A DNA stretch of 18,583 bases from Polyangiaceae bacterium (lineage in GTDB: Bacteria > Myxococcota_A > Polyangia > Polyangiales > Polyangiaceae), in assembly GCA_033763455.1 (NCBI GenBank), contig JANRKO010000056.1, positions 1 through 18,583 on the forward strand, written 5' to 3'. The notes below the pieces were generated by a model. It had not been told where the DNA came from, did not search any database, and saw only the letters and a list, made by a program, of their open reading frames with translations. Shown here piece after piece: positions 1-8,109 of the stretch; within the stretch, counting starts at the first letter, position 1, and every line of letters starts with the position of its first letter. Both the position numbers and the translations under genes were made by a program.

Positions 1-212
1 TTCTTTCGCCACAAGTGCAGCAGATTCTCGGCGACGCCTAGGCCGCCCGCAACGTCAGCGACAGTCCGTTCGCCTCGTGTCTCGAGCAGCCGAACTGCCT
101 CTCGCTTGAACTCTTCGGTGTGTTTCTTTCGCTTTCGACGAGTCTTGCTTTCCATGATCTAACTCCGAGGATACCCTCTTTGCTGGGTGTCCTGGAAATC
201 CGGGGAAGCTCA
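1..212 (-). mobile_element. IS3-family insertion sequence, left end (runs off the window start)
   Basis: Minus strand from 212 reads TGAGCTTCCCCGGATTTCCAGGACACC (186-212), a TG-initiated IS3-type IRL. It is followed by GGAG and an OrfA-like reading frame. Confidence 0.9.
3..155 (-). CDS. IS3-family transposase OrfA (HTH), N-terminal part only
   Basis: Hand translation, not in the ORF track: MESKTRRKRKKHTEEFKREAVRLLETRGERTVADVAGGLGVAENLLHLWRK. This matches the OrfA pattern xxEFKxEAVxL...VAxxLGV...LxxW. Confidence 0.9.
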   Translation of the reverse strand, partial: MESKTRRKRKKHTEEFKREAVRLLETRGERTVADVAGGLGVAENLLHLWRK

Positions 213-340
213 ATCTACCATGCGGAAACCGCAAGCACATCGCTAACGCGTCATTGCGTGGAAAGATCGAATCCATCTGCAAGGCTGCGGGCTACCAACC
301 ACCAGTCATCTGCACCCCATTTGAATTGCCAAAGGAGTAA
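213..340 (+). pseudogene. C-terminal remnant of a PIN-domain (VapC-like) toxin, truncated by the IS3 element
   Basis: The frame ending at TAA 338-340 reads ...NRKHIANASLRGKIESICKAAGYQPPVICTPFELPKE*. This resembles the WNxKHIAN...PxICTPxEL tail of PIN toxins. The 5' part is replaced by the IS end at 212. Confidence 0.75.
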
Positions 341-343
341 CCA

Positions 344-520
344 ATGGACCCCAAAGATCCGATCATAGATGAGCTCCATGCTATCCGCGAAGCAATTGCC
401 GCTGCCTGTGACGACGACATGAGCAAGATCGCTGAAGCGTTCCGTGCTCACCAGAATAACGGAGATCGTGAAGTCGTTACGCTGCCTCCAAAGCGCGTTG
501 TAGAAAAGAAGGCCTCATAG
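344..520 (+). CDS. 58-aa probable antitoxin partner of the upstream PIN gene
   Basis: AAGGAG RBS, then MDPKDPIIDELHAIREAIAAACDDDMSKIAEAFRAHQNNGDREVVTLPPKRVVEKKAS*. The DPIxxExxxIRE...VVxLPP pattern is typical of small genes that follow this PIN family. It is below the ORF-track length cutoff. Confidence 0.75.
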   Translation: MDPKDPIIDELHAIREAIAAACDDDMSKIAEAFRAHQNNGDREVVTLPPKRVVEKKAS

Positions 521-889
521 CTCGAATCTGCAGCGCTTGCTTGGCCCAACGGGTACGAGTTGTGCCCCGACGCTGTTCGCCAATGGATTGAGCAAGGCAA
601 ACACCAAGCGGCGTGAGTCAGCGGCAAAGGTCGTTCTCGTGGCCCGCTCCATTCGCGGCAGCGGAGAGCATTGCAATCACCGCTACTGTGACGAACGCAA
701 ACCCTTCGGACGCTAGGCGCATGGTTGGACCAGCGTTGCACGCTCCAGCGGCACTCGTCTAACAATCGTTAGTGGCAGGCCGCGCTTGCCGGGGGACCGG
801 GCGAGCCGGATTCTCGATGCCCTCGGGGTGAACTTGAAAAGTGCAAGCCTGACTAGCGCAAGTCTAGCCTGCTAGGATGATCGCTTCTC

Positions 890-1630
890 ATGAAGATCCG
901 CATCGCCTCCGATCTACACTTTGAGTTTCAGAAGGATAACGGAAGCGAGCTTGCTCGCGAGTTAGCCGCTGGGGAGTTCGACGTGCTGGTCATTGCGGGG
1001 GATCTATCTAGCTGTGCTGGCCTCAAGGAGGCGCTCCTCTCTGTTTGCGAAGCCGTGGCGCCTCGATCCGTCGTGTACGTGCTAGGCAATCACGAAGCCT
1101 ATGGGGGAACCTGGGCATTGGCCCGAGAGCGCGTGCGCCGAGCCGCAAAAATTGCGAAGAACCTCGTGCCCCTGGAGCAATCCATCGCAACGTTGCACGG
1201 GCACAGATTCATCGGCTGCACCCTTTGGTATCCCCATTCAGGAAAGCGCGAGCCGCTCGATCAACACCTTGGGGATTTTTCCGAGATCGGTGACATTCGC
1301 CAATGGCTACCGGACACAGCCACAGATTCCGCGCTTTTCCTCGCTGAAAACGTAAGGCCCGGTGACATTGTTGTGACCCATCACCTCCCCCACCGACGCA
1401 GCATCGCTCCCCAATTCGTAGGCTCCGCACTCAACGCGTATTTCTTGCACGATGTGTCTCAAACGGTTGAGCAAGGTGGCGCCGCCTTATGGATCCACGG
1501 GCACACCCATTCGTCCTGCGATTACACCGCCGGCAACACTCGCGTGGTGTGCAACCCATTCGGCTACGCGCGCCGTTCCCCGGGCGAACCCAACCCGAAC
1601 TTTCGCTCGGACTTCGACATCACTGTCTGA
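890..1630 (+). CDS. Calcineurin-like metallophosphoesterase
   Basis: All five metal-binding motifs are present: SDLH, AGD, LGNHE, THH and HGHTH. Confidence 0.93.
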   Translation: MKIRIASDLHFEFQKDNGSELARELAAGEFDVLVIAGDLSSCAGLKEALLSVCEAVAPRSVVYVLGNHEAYGGTWALARERVRRAAKIAKNLVPLEQSIATLHGHRFIGCTLWYPHSGKREPLDQHLGDFSEIGDIRQWLPDTATDSALFLAENVRPGDIVVTHHLPHRRSIAPQFVGSALNAYFLHDVSQTVEQGGAALWIHGHTHSSCDYTAGNTRVVCNPFGYARRSPGEPNPNFRSDFDITV

Positions 1631-1687
1631 ACATTTACCGCTGCTGTCTAGGCGACGGGCGGGGCAGGTGATCTACCGCGCCTGTGC

Positions 1688-2287
1688 CTAGCCGTCCTTT
1701 TGCGGATGGATGGCCTTGCCGCTGGCCAACATTGCTATGAACTCTTTCACCTTCTTCGCACGGGTGGCTGAGTTCTTTGTGTTGTGGAGCCGAAAGAAGA
1801 TGGCAAAGCGGTTGGCGCTGTTCAGCCTGGCGAAATACGCATTTGCCTTGGGCGATTTTGCCAGCGCCTCGACAAAATCTGGCGGCGCTTCGCTGCGGCT
1901 GGGTGGGGCATAAGCCGCGTCCCAACGGCCGTCGGCTTTTGCCGCCTCCACAAGTTTCAAACCGTGTGGCGTCATGCGTCCCGCTTTGATCAAACGCGCC
2001 ACGTGGTCGCGGTTGATCTGGCTCCACAGGCTCTTTGATTTGCGTGGGCTGAACCGTTGCAGAAACGATTTGTCATCGAAGGATTTTTTCAGGCCATCGA
2101 TCCAGCCCCAACACAGCGCCACATCCAACGCTTCTGCGTAGGTCACAGTTGGCAAGCCAGAGTTCTTCTTGTGAATTTTTAACCAAAGTTCATCCGCTTT
2201 AGCGTGGTTGGCTGCAAGCCACTGCTCAAACGCCTTTGCGCTTGCGAAATCACGAATCTTCCGGGGATCGGGGGTAACGGGGGCCAT
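1688..2287 (-). CDS. YdeI/OmpD-associated (OmdA, bacteriocin-protection) family protein
   Basis: EALDVALCWGWIDG, RFSPRKSKSLWSQIN, GRMTPHGL and DGRWDAAY motifs plus a C-terminal OmdA segment. AAGGA RBS upstream. Confidence 0.92.
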   Translation of the reverse strand: MAPVTPDPRKIRDFASAKAFEQWLAANHAKADELWLKIHKKNSGLPTVTYAEALDVALCWGWIDGLKKSFDDKSFLQRFSPRKSKSLWSQINRDHVARLIKAGRMTPHGLKLVEAAKADGRWDAAYAPPSRSEAPPDFVEALAKSPKANAYFARLNSANRFAIFFRLHNTKNSATRAKKVKEFIAMLASGKAIHPQKDG

Positions 2288-2390
2288 GTGATCCTTCTTA
2301 CTACCGCGGGTTCGAGTGCCTACGCTCGATCTCGCCGAGCTTGGCGTATTCGCTGAAGAGTCGGGTGTGGGTAACCCGAGTCGCCCTTGC

Positions 2391-2423
2391 TTGACGTTTC
2401 ATGTAAAGGATGAAACGCTTTAC
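2391..2423 (+). promoter_or_regulatory. Promoter/operator of the AbrB-VapC operon
   Basis: TTGACG (-35-like, 2391-2396) is overlapped by two interleaved perfect inverted repeats. These are CGTTTCAT (2395-2402)/ATGAAACG (2410-2417) and GTAAAG (2403-2408)/CTTTAC (2418-2423), directly before ATG 2426. Confidence 0.7.
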
Positions 2424-2425
2424 CT

Positions 2426-2686
2426 ATGTCGTCCCACCCTCAGGGGAAGCTAAAGAGTTCGATTTCGTCGAAGGGGCAGGTAACAATTCCGGTAGAGGTA
2501 CGGGATCGACTCGGCTTGCGCGCGGGCACTGTCGTCAGATTCGAGCTCTGCGACGAGGGCGTTCTTCTGCGCAAGGGGGCGGGCGACGTGCATCCCATCG
2601 ACAAGGCGTTTGGACTCCTAAAGCTCCAAAAGCCCGTAGACGCGTACCTCGATGAGATGCGCGGGCCGCGACCGGCAAAGCGATGA
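2426..2686 (+). CDS. AbrB/MazE/SpoVT-family DNA-binding antitoxin
   Basis: [22 protein letters not shown] signature. ATGA overlap with the downstream PIN gene. Confidence 0.93.
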   Translation: MSSHPQGKLKSSISSKGQVTIPVEVRDRLGLRAGTVVRFELCDEGVLLRKGAGDVHPIDKAFGLLKLQKPVDAYLDEMRGPRPAKR

Positions 2687-3099
2687 GGACGGCAGTCGAC
2701 TCGTCCGTGCTCCTCGACGTCCTCGGCGCTGACCCTACTCATGGCGTGGCTTCACGCCGGGCGCTACGGGCGGCGTACGACGCAGGCCGTCTGCTTGCGT
2801 GTGACGTCGTGTGGGCAGAGGTCGGCGCGCACTTCGATTCGGAGGCCGCGTTTTCTGCCGCGATGGTCTTGCTGGGGGTCGAGTTCGACGCGCTCAATGC
2901 TCCCGCGGCCAGCCACGCCGGACGGATGTGGCGAAAGAGACGTAAAGCTGGCATCGAAGCTCCAAAGCGCGTGGTAGCTGATTACCTGATCGGTGCGCAT
3001 GCCTTGCTTCAGGCCGATGCTCTGCTCACCCGCGATCGAGGCTACTTCCGCGCCACGTTTAAGGGCCTGCGCATCATCGATCCGTCCCAGTCGAGGTGA
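2683..3099 (+). CDS. vapC: PIN-domain VapC-type toxin
   Basis: [23 protein letters not shown] and LLTRD supply the acidic PIN active-site residues. Translationally coupled to the antitoxin. Confidence 0.92.
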   Translation: MRTAVDSSVLLDVLGADPTHGVASRRALRAAYDAGRLLACDVVWAEVGAHFDSEAAFSAAMVLLGVEFDALNAPAASHAGRMWRKRRKAGIEAPKRVVADYLIGAHALLQADALLTRDRGYFRATFKGLRIIDPSQSR

Positions 3100-3193
3100 G
3101 GTTCGCAGGGTCCACCGAACATTTTCATCGGTTCAGCGTGGTGATGCGCCGCTAGAAACACCGCGTGGTTCCCGCTACAAGTTGGGAGCCCCG

Positions 3194-4276
3194 ATGTCGA
3201 AGCAAAAGGCCGCCCCAAGCCGCTCAGTTCCGAATCCGCAGACTACTGCGAAGAGCCGCTATCGCCGAGGGGGAGTCAACGAGCGTCTCGTCATCACCAC
3301 AGGTTGCCCATCTGGCATCGGACCAGAAATTTCAGTTCGTTCGGCAGCGCTCGCCGAGGGGTTGCCGCCGGTGCTGGTGGGTGATTTTGGCACGTTGCTC
3401 GAAGCGGCCGAGCTCGTGGGGGTGCCGCGTCAGCGGTTGGTGAAGCTTTCAGCCCTCGGAACCCGGATGGACGCAATTGCTGTGGTGGAGGCCGGCGAGG
3501 TGCTGAACCCCAAAGATCGCCGCGCAGGCGCTCCCAGCAAGCTCTCCGGAAGAGCGCAGTTGGCGTACATAAATGCAGGTTATCAATTAGTGAAATCAGG
3601 CGGCTTGGGTGCCCTGGTGACAGCTCCGGTTAACAAGGCCGTCATATCCGGTTCCGGAGCGAGAGGGGGAGCGCGGTTCATCGGTCACACCGAATGGCTG
3701 GAAGCGCTAGATGGTGCTCCATTTTCGGTCATGTGTTTTTGGGCGCCCAAGCTGGTAAGTTCGCTCGTGACTACCCATCTGGCGCTCAGCCGTGTCCCCC
3801 GCGCACTCAACGCTACTTGGATTGCCGAAGTAGTCGTTAGCACAGCAACATTCCTGCGCCGTATCGGTCAGATGCGCCCGAAAGTCGTCGTCTGTTCGCT
3901 CAATCCGCACGCATCCGAAGCTGGCATGTTTGGTCGGGAAGAGGCGGAGGCCATCTCGCCGGGCATCGCGCTTGCGGTCGAACGCTTGGGGAAGCGCGCG
4001 CAGGTTCTGGGTCCGCTCGGCGCCGAGACGGCTTTTCGCAAGGCCTATGCTGGTGAATACTCAGCCGTCGTCGCTATGTACCATGATCAAGCCACCATCC
4101 CGATGAAGCTTGTAGCCTTCGGGCAAGCCGTGAACGTAACCTTGGGCCTTTCCATCGACAGAACCAGCGTCGATCACGGAACCGCCTACGACATTGCTTG
4201 GCAAAATCGCGCTGATATTACGGGCATGCAAAGTGCGCTCAGCCTGGCGGCACGGCTCGCCCAAGCGCGGACTTAA
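3194..4276 (+). CDS. pdxA: 4-hydroxythreonine-4-phosphate dehydrogenase PdxA
   Basis: GCPSGIGPE, TAPVNK, GHTE, LNPHASE, AMYHDQ and RTSVDHGTAYDIA motifs. Start set at ATG 3194 after GGGAG because the longer ORF-track start overlaps vapC. Confidence 0.95.
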   Translation: MSKQKAAPSRSVPNPQTTAKSRYRRGGVNERLVITTGCPSGIGPEISVRSAALAEGLPPVLVGDFGTLLEAAELVGVPRQRLVKLSALGTRMDAIAVVEAGEVLNPKDRRAGAPSKLSGRAQLAYINAGYQLVKSGGLGALVTAPVNKAVISGSGARGGARFIGHTEWLEALDGAPFSVMCFWAPKLVSSLVTTHLALSRVPRALNATWIAEVVVSTATFLRRIGQMRPKVVVCSLNPHASEAGMFGREEAEAISPGIALAVERLGKRAQVLGPLGAETAFRKAYAGEYSAVVAMYHDQATIPMKLVAFGQAVNVTLGLSIDRTSVDHGTAYDIAWQNRADITGMQSALSLAARLAQART

Positions 4277-4286
4277 CACAGCCAAG

Positions 4287-6347
4287 ATGAAGACGCCTAC
4301 CTTTCCACAGCGTCTTAAGCAACTAGGCCTCGTGGTGCCCGAGGCGGGCGCATTGTACGACTCGCTTGAATCGAGCTTCGCGTTCCTGGACGTCGCACTT
4401 CAGCGCTTGAGTGTACTTCCAGAGGTAGCCGAGAGCTTGTCGCTATCTGACCTGTACCGCGCACTTCTGCAGTACGTGTTGAAAGAGCGCGTGCAGAGCG
4501 CCGCGCAGAAGTTCGGCGCAACCGCGCCCATGTTAGATGGTCGCTTGTTTTCAGCTCTGGCCCCGAGTGCGAGTGTAACGGCGCGCTCCGAATGCGGCAC
4601 AGGCGAGCGAGACGCGTTGGGTTGGCTTGCTCGCGTTCTCCGCGAGTTGCGGCCAAAAGAGCCTGAGCCCAACCTTGAACCCGAGGCCATCGGCCAATTG
4701 TATGAGATTCTGATGGGGCTTGAGCTCGCACGCACCCCTCAGGGCCTGAGCTTGGTGCGGGGCGCCACCCGCAGCAATACAGGGGCTTTCTTCACTCCGG
4801 TGGGCGTGGCGTTAGCAGTGGTGCGGCGTGCGTTCGCACTTCTGCCGGAGCCGCTCCCGAAAGTTGTGCGTGTGTGCGATCCGGCCGTGGGAGGAGCGAT
4901 GTTCTTGCTTCAGGCTGCGCGCGAGCTGCTCAAAAAGTTTGAGAAGTCGCGTGGCCTCCCAGAGAATTTAGTTGAGTTGCGGACCCACATCGTGCACCAC
5001 TGCCTCTACGGCGTGGATCAAAGCGATCTCGCCGTCGCCGTCTCCGAAGCGGCGCTGTGGCTCTGGGTTGCTAACCCAAAGCTGCCGATGAGCGCCGTGG
5101 GTCAGCACCTCTTCGTCGGGGATGCCTTGTTGGGGCAGGGGTGGCAAGCGACGAGGGCAAAGCTGCCGTTGAACCTTGCGGCCTTTAACTTTGGGGATGC
5201 GATGCCCGAAGTGAAAGATCGTGGCTTTGAGTGCATTTTGGGCAACCCACCGTGGGTGGCGTTCGCGGGGCGTTCTGCAAAGCCCTTGCCCCAGGAGCTG
5301 CGCGCCTGGTTTTCCGCCAATTACGAAGCGTTTCGGGGCTATCCGACGCTACAGGCGATGTTCGTTCAGCGCGCATCGGAGCTTGCTCCGAGCGGAGTTG
5401 TTGCCCTGCTTTTGCCGAGTCCAATCGCCGATCTGGATGGGTACCGTAGCGCGCGGTCCGTGTTCACACGCACGCACACGCCGGTTCAGCCCTTGATCGA
5501 GTTTGGGCAGGATGCATTCTCAGGAGTCACCCAACCTTGCTTCGCGCTCCTTGCACGTCCATGCACGTTTTCTGAAGCGAGCTCTTCTTCGCCCTGGCCG
5601 TTGAGCGAACGCCAGCGCGCACGGGCACAGGCCTTGTCCGTAGAGGTGCCCTCCGTCCTTGAACGCCTGCGGCAGCGGCCAGCTTGGCCTTCGGCTCTTT
5701 TTCGTGAGATGGGCTTTCAAACTTCGCGCCGCGCCTCGCTGAACCTCCTGGTGCGCAACCCGAGAGAGGTGCCCGAAGATCTGTGCCCGCTTTTGGAAGG
5801 CAAAGATATTCGCGAATTTTACCAGGGGAAGGCGCGTGTGTATCTACGCGCAACACCCGAGCTCTTGAGTTGGGCAGGTTGTCGATTTCGATCGCGCGAA
5901 CAATACGAAGCCGTGAAGCTGGTAGTGCGCCAAACCGCGAAGGTCCCAATCGCTGCCCGGCACTCTTCCGGCCTACCATTTCGCAACAGCCTATTGGCGG
6001 GCTATGAAGTTGAGGGGCTCGGGGTTCACCTTACGCTCGGGCTCCTCAACAGTGCTCTTTACCGCGCCCTGCACCTCGCTTTTCAGCGCGATGCACGCCA
6101 AGCGGCTTTTCCCCAAGTAAAGCTGATGCACCTGCGCTCACTCCCCATGCCGCCACATGAGCCCGCGATTTTTGCCAGCATCGAACGTTTAGCGCGGGAT
6201 GCAGAAACGGCCGAAGGATGTGTCGATCGCAGAGAGCTGGATACCAAAGTGTTCGATCTTTTCGATCTGAGTGTCGAGGAGCGCGCGAGTGTGATCCGTT
6301 TCCTAGCTGAGCGCGTGCCGGAGCTTGGGTACGGCGGGGTGCACTAG
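4287..6347 (+). CDS. N6-adenine DNA methyltransferase (gamma class, TaqI/Eco57I-like) with C-terminal target-recognition region
   Basis: IGQLYE, GAFFTP (motif X), VCDPAVGGAMFL (motif I variant), LYGVD and ILGNPPW (motif IV). The C-terminus has KLVVRQT...LGLLNS...FPQV...LRSLPMP. ATG 4287 lies 10 nt after the pdxA stop. Confidence 0.9.
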   Translation: MKTPTFPQRLKQLGLVVPEAGALYDSLESSFAFLDVALQRLSVLPEVAESLSLSDLYRALLQYVLKERVQSAAQKFGATAPMLDGRLFSALAPSASVTARSECGTGERDALGWLARVLRELRPKEPEPNLEPEAIGQLYEILMGLELARTPQGLSLVRGATRSNTGAFFTPVGVALAVVRRAFALLPEPLPKVVRVCDPAVGGAMFLLQAARELLKKFEKSRGLPENLVELRTHIVHHCLYGVDQSDLAVAVSEAALWLWVANPKLPMSAVGQHLFVGDALLGQGWQATRAKLPLNLAAFNFGDAMPEVKDRGFECILGNPPWVAFAGRSAKPLPQELRAWFSANYEAFRGYPTLQAMFVQRASELAPSGVVALLLPSPIADLDGYRSARSVFTRTHTPVQPLIEFGQDAFSGVTQPCFALLARPCTFSEASSSSPWPLSERQRARAQALSVEVPSVLERLRQRPAWPSALFREMGFQTSRRASLNLLVRNPREVPEDLCPLLEGKDIREFYQGKARVYLRATPELLSWAGCRFRSREQYEAVKLVVRQTAKVPIAARHSSGLPFRNSLLAGYEVEGLGVHLTLGLLNSALYRALHLAFQRDARQAAFPQVKLMHLRSLPMPPHEPAIFASIERLARDAETAEGCVDRRELDTKVFDLFDLSVEERASVIRFLAERVPELGYGGVH

Positions 6348-6613
6348 GTTTTCCTGGGCGACCTGCGAATTGGTGTATTACTCCTCTGAGTAAGAAGACC
6401 CCCAGACTCGCCGAGCCCTCCAAGGCGTCGCTCAATGAGATGCCCAAGGTGGGCTTCACCCTTTGGCGTAAAGCACCGTCGCTGGCGTGCAAAAGCGTCA
6501 GAATACCCCCGCTGGGGCCGCGCGACCGTGAAGGCACTGGTTTGCCTGCTGTGTCTGCCGCAAGTGATCGGTATCGTCAGTGGGTCGCGGGCGCGCTAAG
6601 GTAGAGTCGTTCT

Positions 6614-7201
6614 ATGCGAGCCCTGCCCGCCGACACACCACTCAGCTACGAGGAATACCTTCGATTCGAGGAGTCCGTGGATTCGCGCCACGAATTCATC
6701 GAAGGTGATATCTTTGCGATGGCGGGAGGCACGCGACGGCACGCAATGCTGAAGAGCCGGCTTTCCGCTCGCCTAACAATCGGGATCGGCGAGAGCGGCT
6801 CCTGTCGAGTGGAGGATTCCGACACACGAATCTTGGTCGAAAGGGGGGCCAAGCTCAACGCCTACTATCCGGACATGGTCCTCATCTGTGGCGCAGGCGA
6901 AACGCACGTTCGCGACCCCGACGGAGGTGTCGTCAATCCACGCCTCATCGCGGAAGTGACAAGTCCCAATACCGAGAAACGCGATCGTGGCGTCAAACTC
7001 GAAGACTATCGCCTTCTGCCGTCGCTCCGCGAGTACCTGATCGTCTCCCATGTGCGCCGCGAGGTCGAGATCTGGTCTCGCGACGAGGACGCGGGTGAAT
7101 GGTCGCGACGCGTGCTCACGGCGGGCCAAGTCTCCGAGCTCGAGGTCGGCGTCGCTTTAACAGTCGACGACCTCTATCGCGACCCGCTACCACCCCGCTG
7201 A
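6614..7201 (+). CDS. Uma2 (DUF820) family PD-(D/E)xK putative endonuclease
   Basis: SYEEYL, RHEFIEGDIFAMAGG, YYPD and IAEVTSPNTEKRDRGVK...LPSLREYLIV motifs. Confidence 0.93.
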   Translation: MRALPADTPLSYEEYLRFEESVDSRHEFIEGDIFAMAGGTRRHAMLKSRLSARLTIGIGESGSCRVEDSDTRILVERGAKLNAYYPDMVLICGAGETHVRDPDGGVVNPRLIAEVTSPNTEKRDRGVKLEDYRLLPSLREYLIVSHVRREVEIWSRDEDAGEWSRRVLTAGQVSELEVGVALTVDDLYRDPLPPR

Positions 7202-7334
7202 GTTGCTAAGGGCGCGGGAGTGTAGCGGGGGGCGTGCAGCGAACGTTTCGCGAGCGATTCTATGCGGATATTGAGAAACTCGCGAGTATTTTAATGTGCA
7301 CGTGGAAATCTTCGTAACGCAGGTTGAACGAACC

Positions 7335-8003
7335 TCAAGGAGAGCCGCCGCTGACCTTCCCGCCCTCCGCCTGATCTGCATAGGGGGCAGCCTTTTCGTT
7401 CGTCTGTTTTGCTCCGGGCGTGAGCGCTTGAATCCGTGTACCCTCCAGTATCGGGCTCGGGTTAGCGGCGGTTTCCCCAGCCACGGTACGATCGCCCAGC
7501 TCAAAGTCCACCCGACGGTCGAGCGCCCAGGTCTCTTCATTCGTGCCTTGGGCGCCGTGTTCACCGCGGGACCAAATACGGATGGTGTCCGTGGGCACTC
7601 CCCGCTGAGCGAGGTAGTTGCGGGCAGCTTCAGCGCGGTTGGTCGCGAGCTCCTGGTTGTGCTCTGTAGATCCGCGCGGATCCGTGCGGCCAATGATGGT
7701 GATGATGCGGCCTTTCAGCGGGCCTTTGCTCATGCAATTTGCGACGTCGTCCAAAATGTTGCGCCCACGGCTACGCAAAGTGGCCTGATTGAATTCAAAC
7801 CTCGGTGCCTCTCGGGGGGCATTCGGCAGCTGGCACTCCCTTCGGATGTCTTCTGGCAGAACAATGGTAGTTTCCCGGTCATTGCGCGCGGACTTCTCCG
7901 AAGCGGCGATCGAACCGCTGAACCCGGCTCCCGAAGCATCCTTTGCCGGCGCCTTCTCGTTCGAGCAAGCTGCCACGAGGAGCGCCATTGTGCCCCACCC
8001 CAA
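7335..8003 (-). CDS. OmpA/Pal-like peptidoglycan-binding lipoprotein (start uncertain)
   Basis: Lipobox LLVAAC. OmpA_C motifs FEFNQATL, GRTDPRGSTEHNQELATNRA, SRGE and DRRVD. The true start may be ATG 8037 across a frameshift. Confidence 0.88.
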   Translation of the reverse strand: MGWGTMALLVAACSNEKAPAKDASGAGFSGSIAASEKSARNDRETTIVLPEDIRRECQLPNAPREAPRFEFNQATLRSRGRNILDDVANCMSKGPLKGRIITIIGRTDPRGSTEHNQELATNRAEAARNYLAQRGVPTDTIRIWSRGEHGAQGTNEETWALDRRVDFELGDRTVAGETAANPSPILEGTRIQALTPGAKQTNEKAAPYADQAEGGKVSGGSP

Positions 8004-8043
8004 CCACTTTTGCTCGGAAGGGCGCCTGACTTAGCATCGGACT

Positions 8044-8101
8044 TGTCAAGATTGACCTAAGAAATATCATTCTAATTGACAAAACATGAGGTTGTTATAT
8101 C
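8044..8101 (+). promoter_or_regulatory. AT-rich divergent promoter region with TGTCAA/TTGAC inverted half-sites
   Basis: TGTCAA at 8044-8049, TTGACC at 8052-8057 and a perfect TTGACA at 8076-8081. The downstream -10-like TGTTATAT is weak and its spacing is not canonical. Confidence 0.4.
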
Positions 8102-8109
8102 CATCCTGT

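Noticed and set aside
213..230. Left IS flank (ATC TAC) as the continuation of the GTG AAC start at 18439
   Set aside because: Both flanks abut left ends of different elements, so they cannot be two sides of one insertion. The left flank continues into PIN-toxin sequence.
6348..6613. Intergenic segment and minus-strand ORF 6046-6537
   Set aside because: No recognisable protein motif, RNA structure or repeat, and the ORF overlaps the MTase antisense.
4287..7201. MTase plus Uma2 as a type II restriction-modification pair
   Set aside because: They are separated by 266 bp with no coupling. Uma2 genes are commonly multicopy stand-alone genes, so adjacency is weak evidence.
7296..8060. 254-aa plus-strand ORF
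   Set aside because: It is the antisense shadow of the OmpA lipoprotein gene and has no motifs. The same applies to most short overlapping ORFs in the track.
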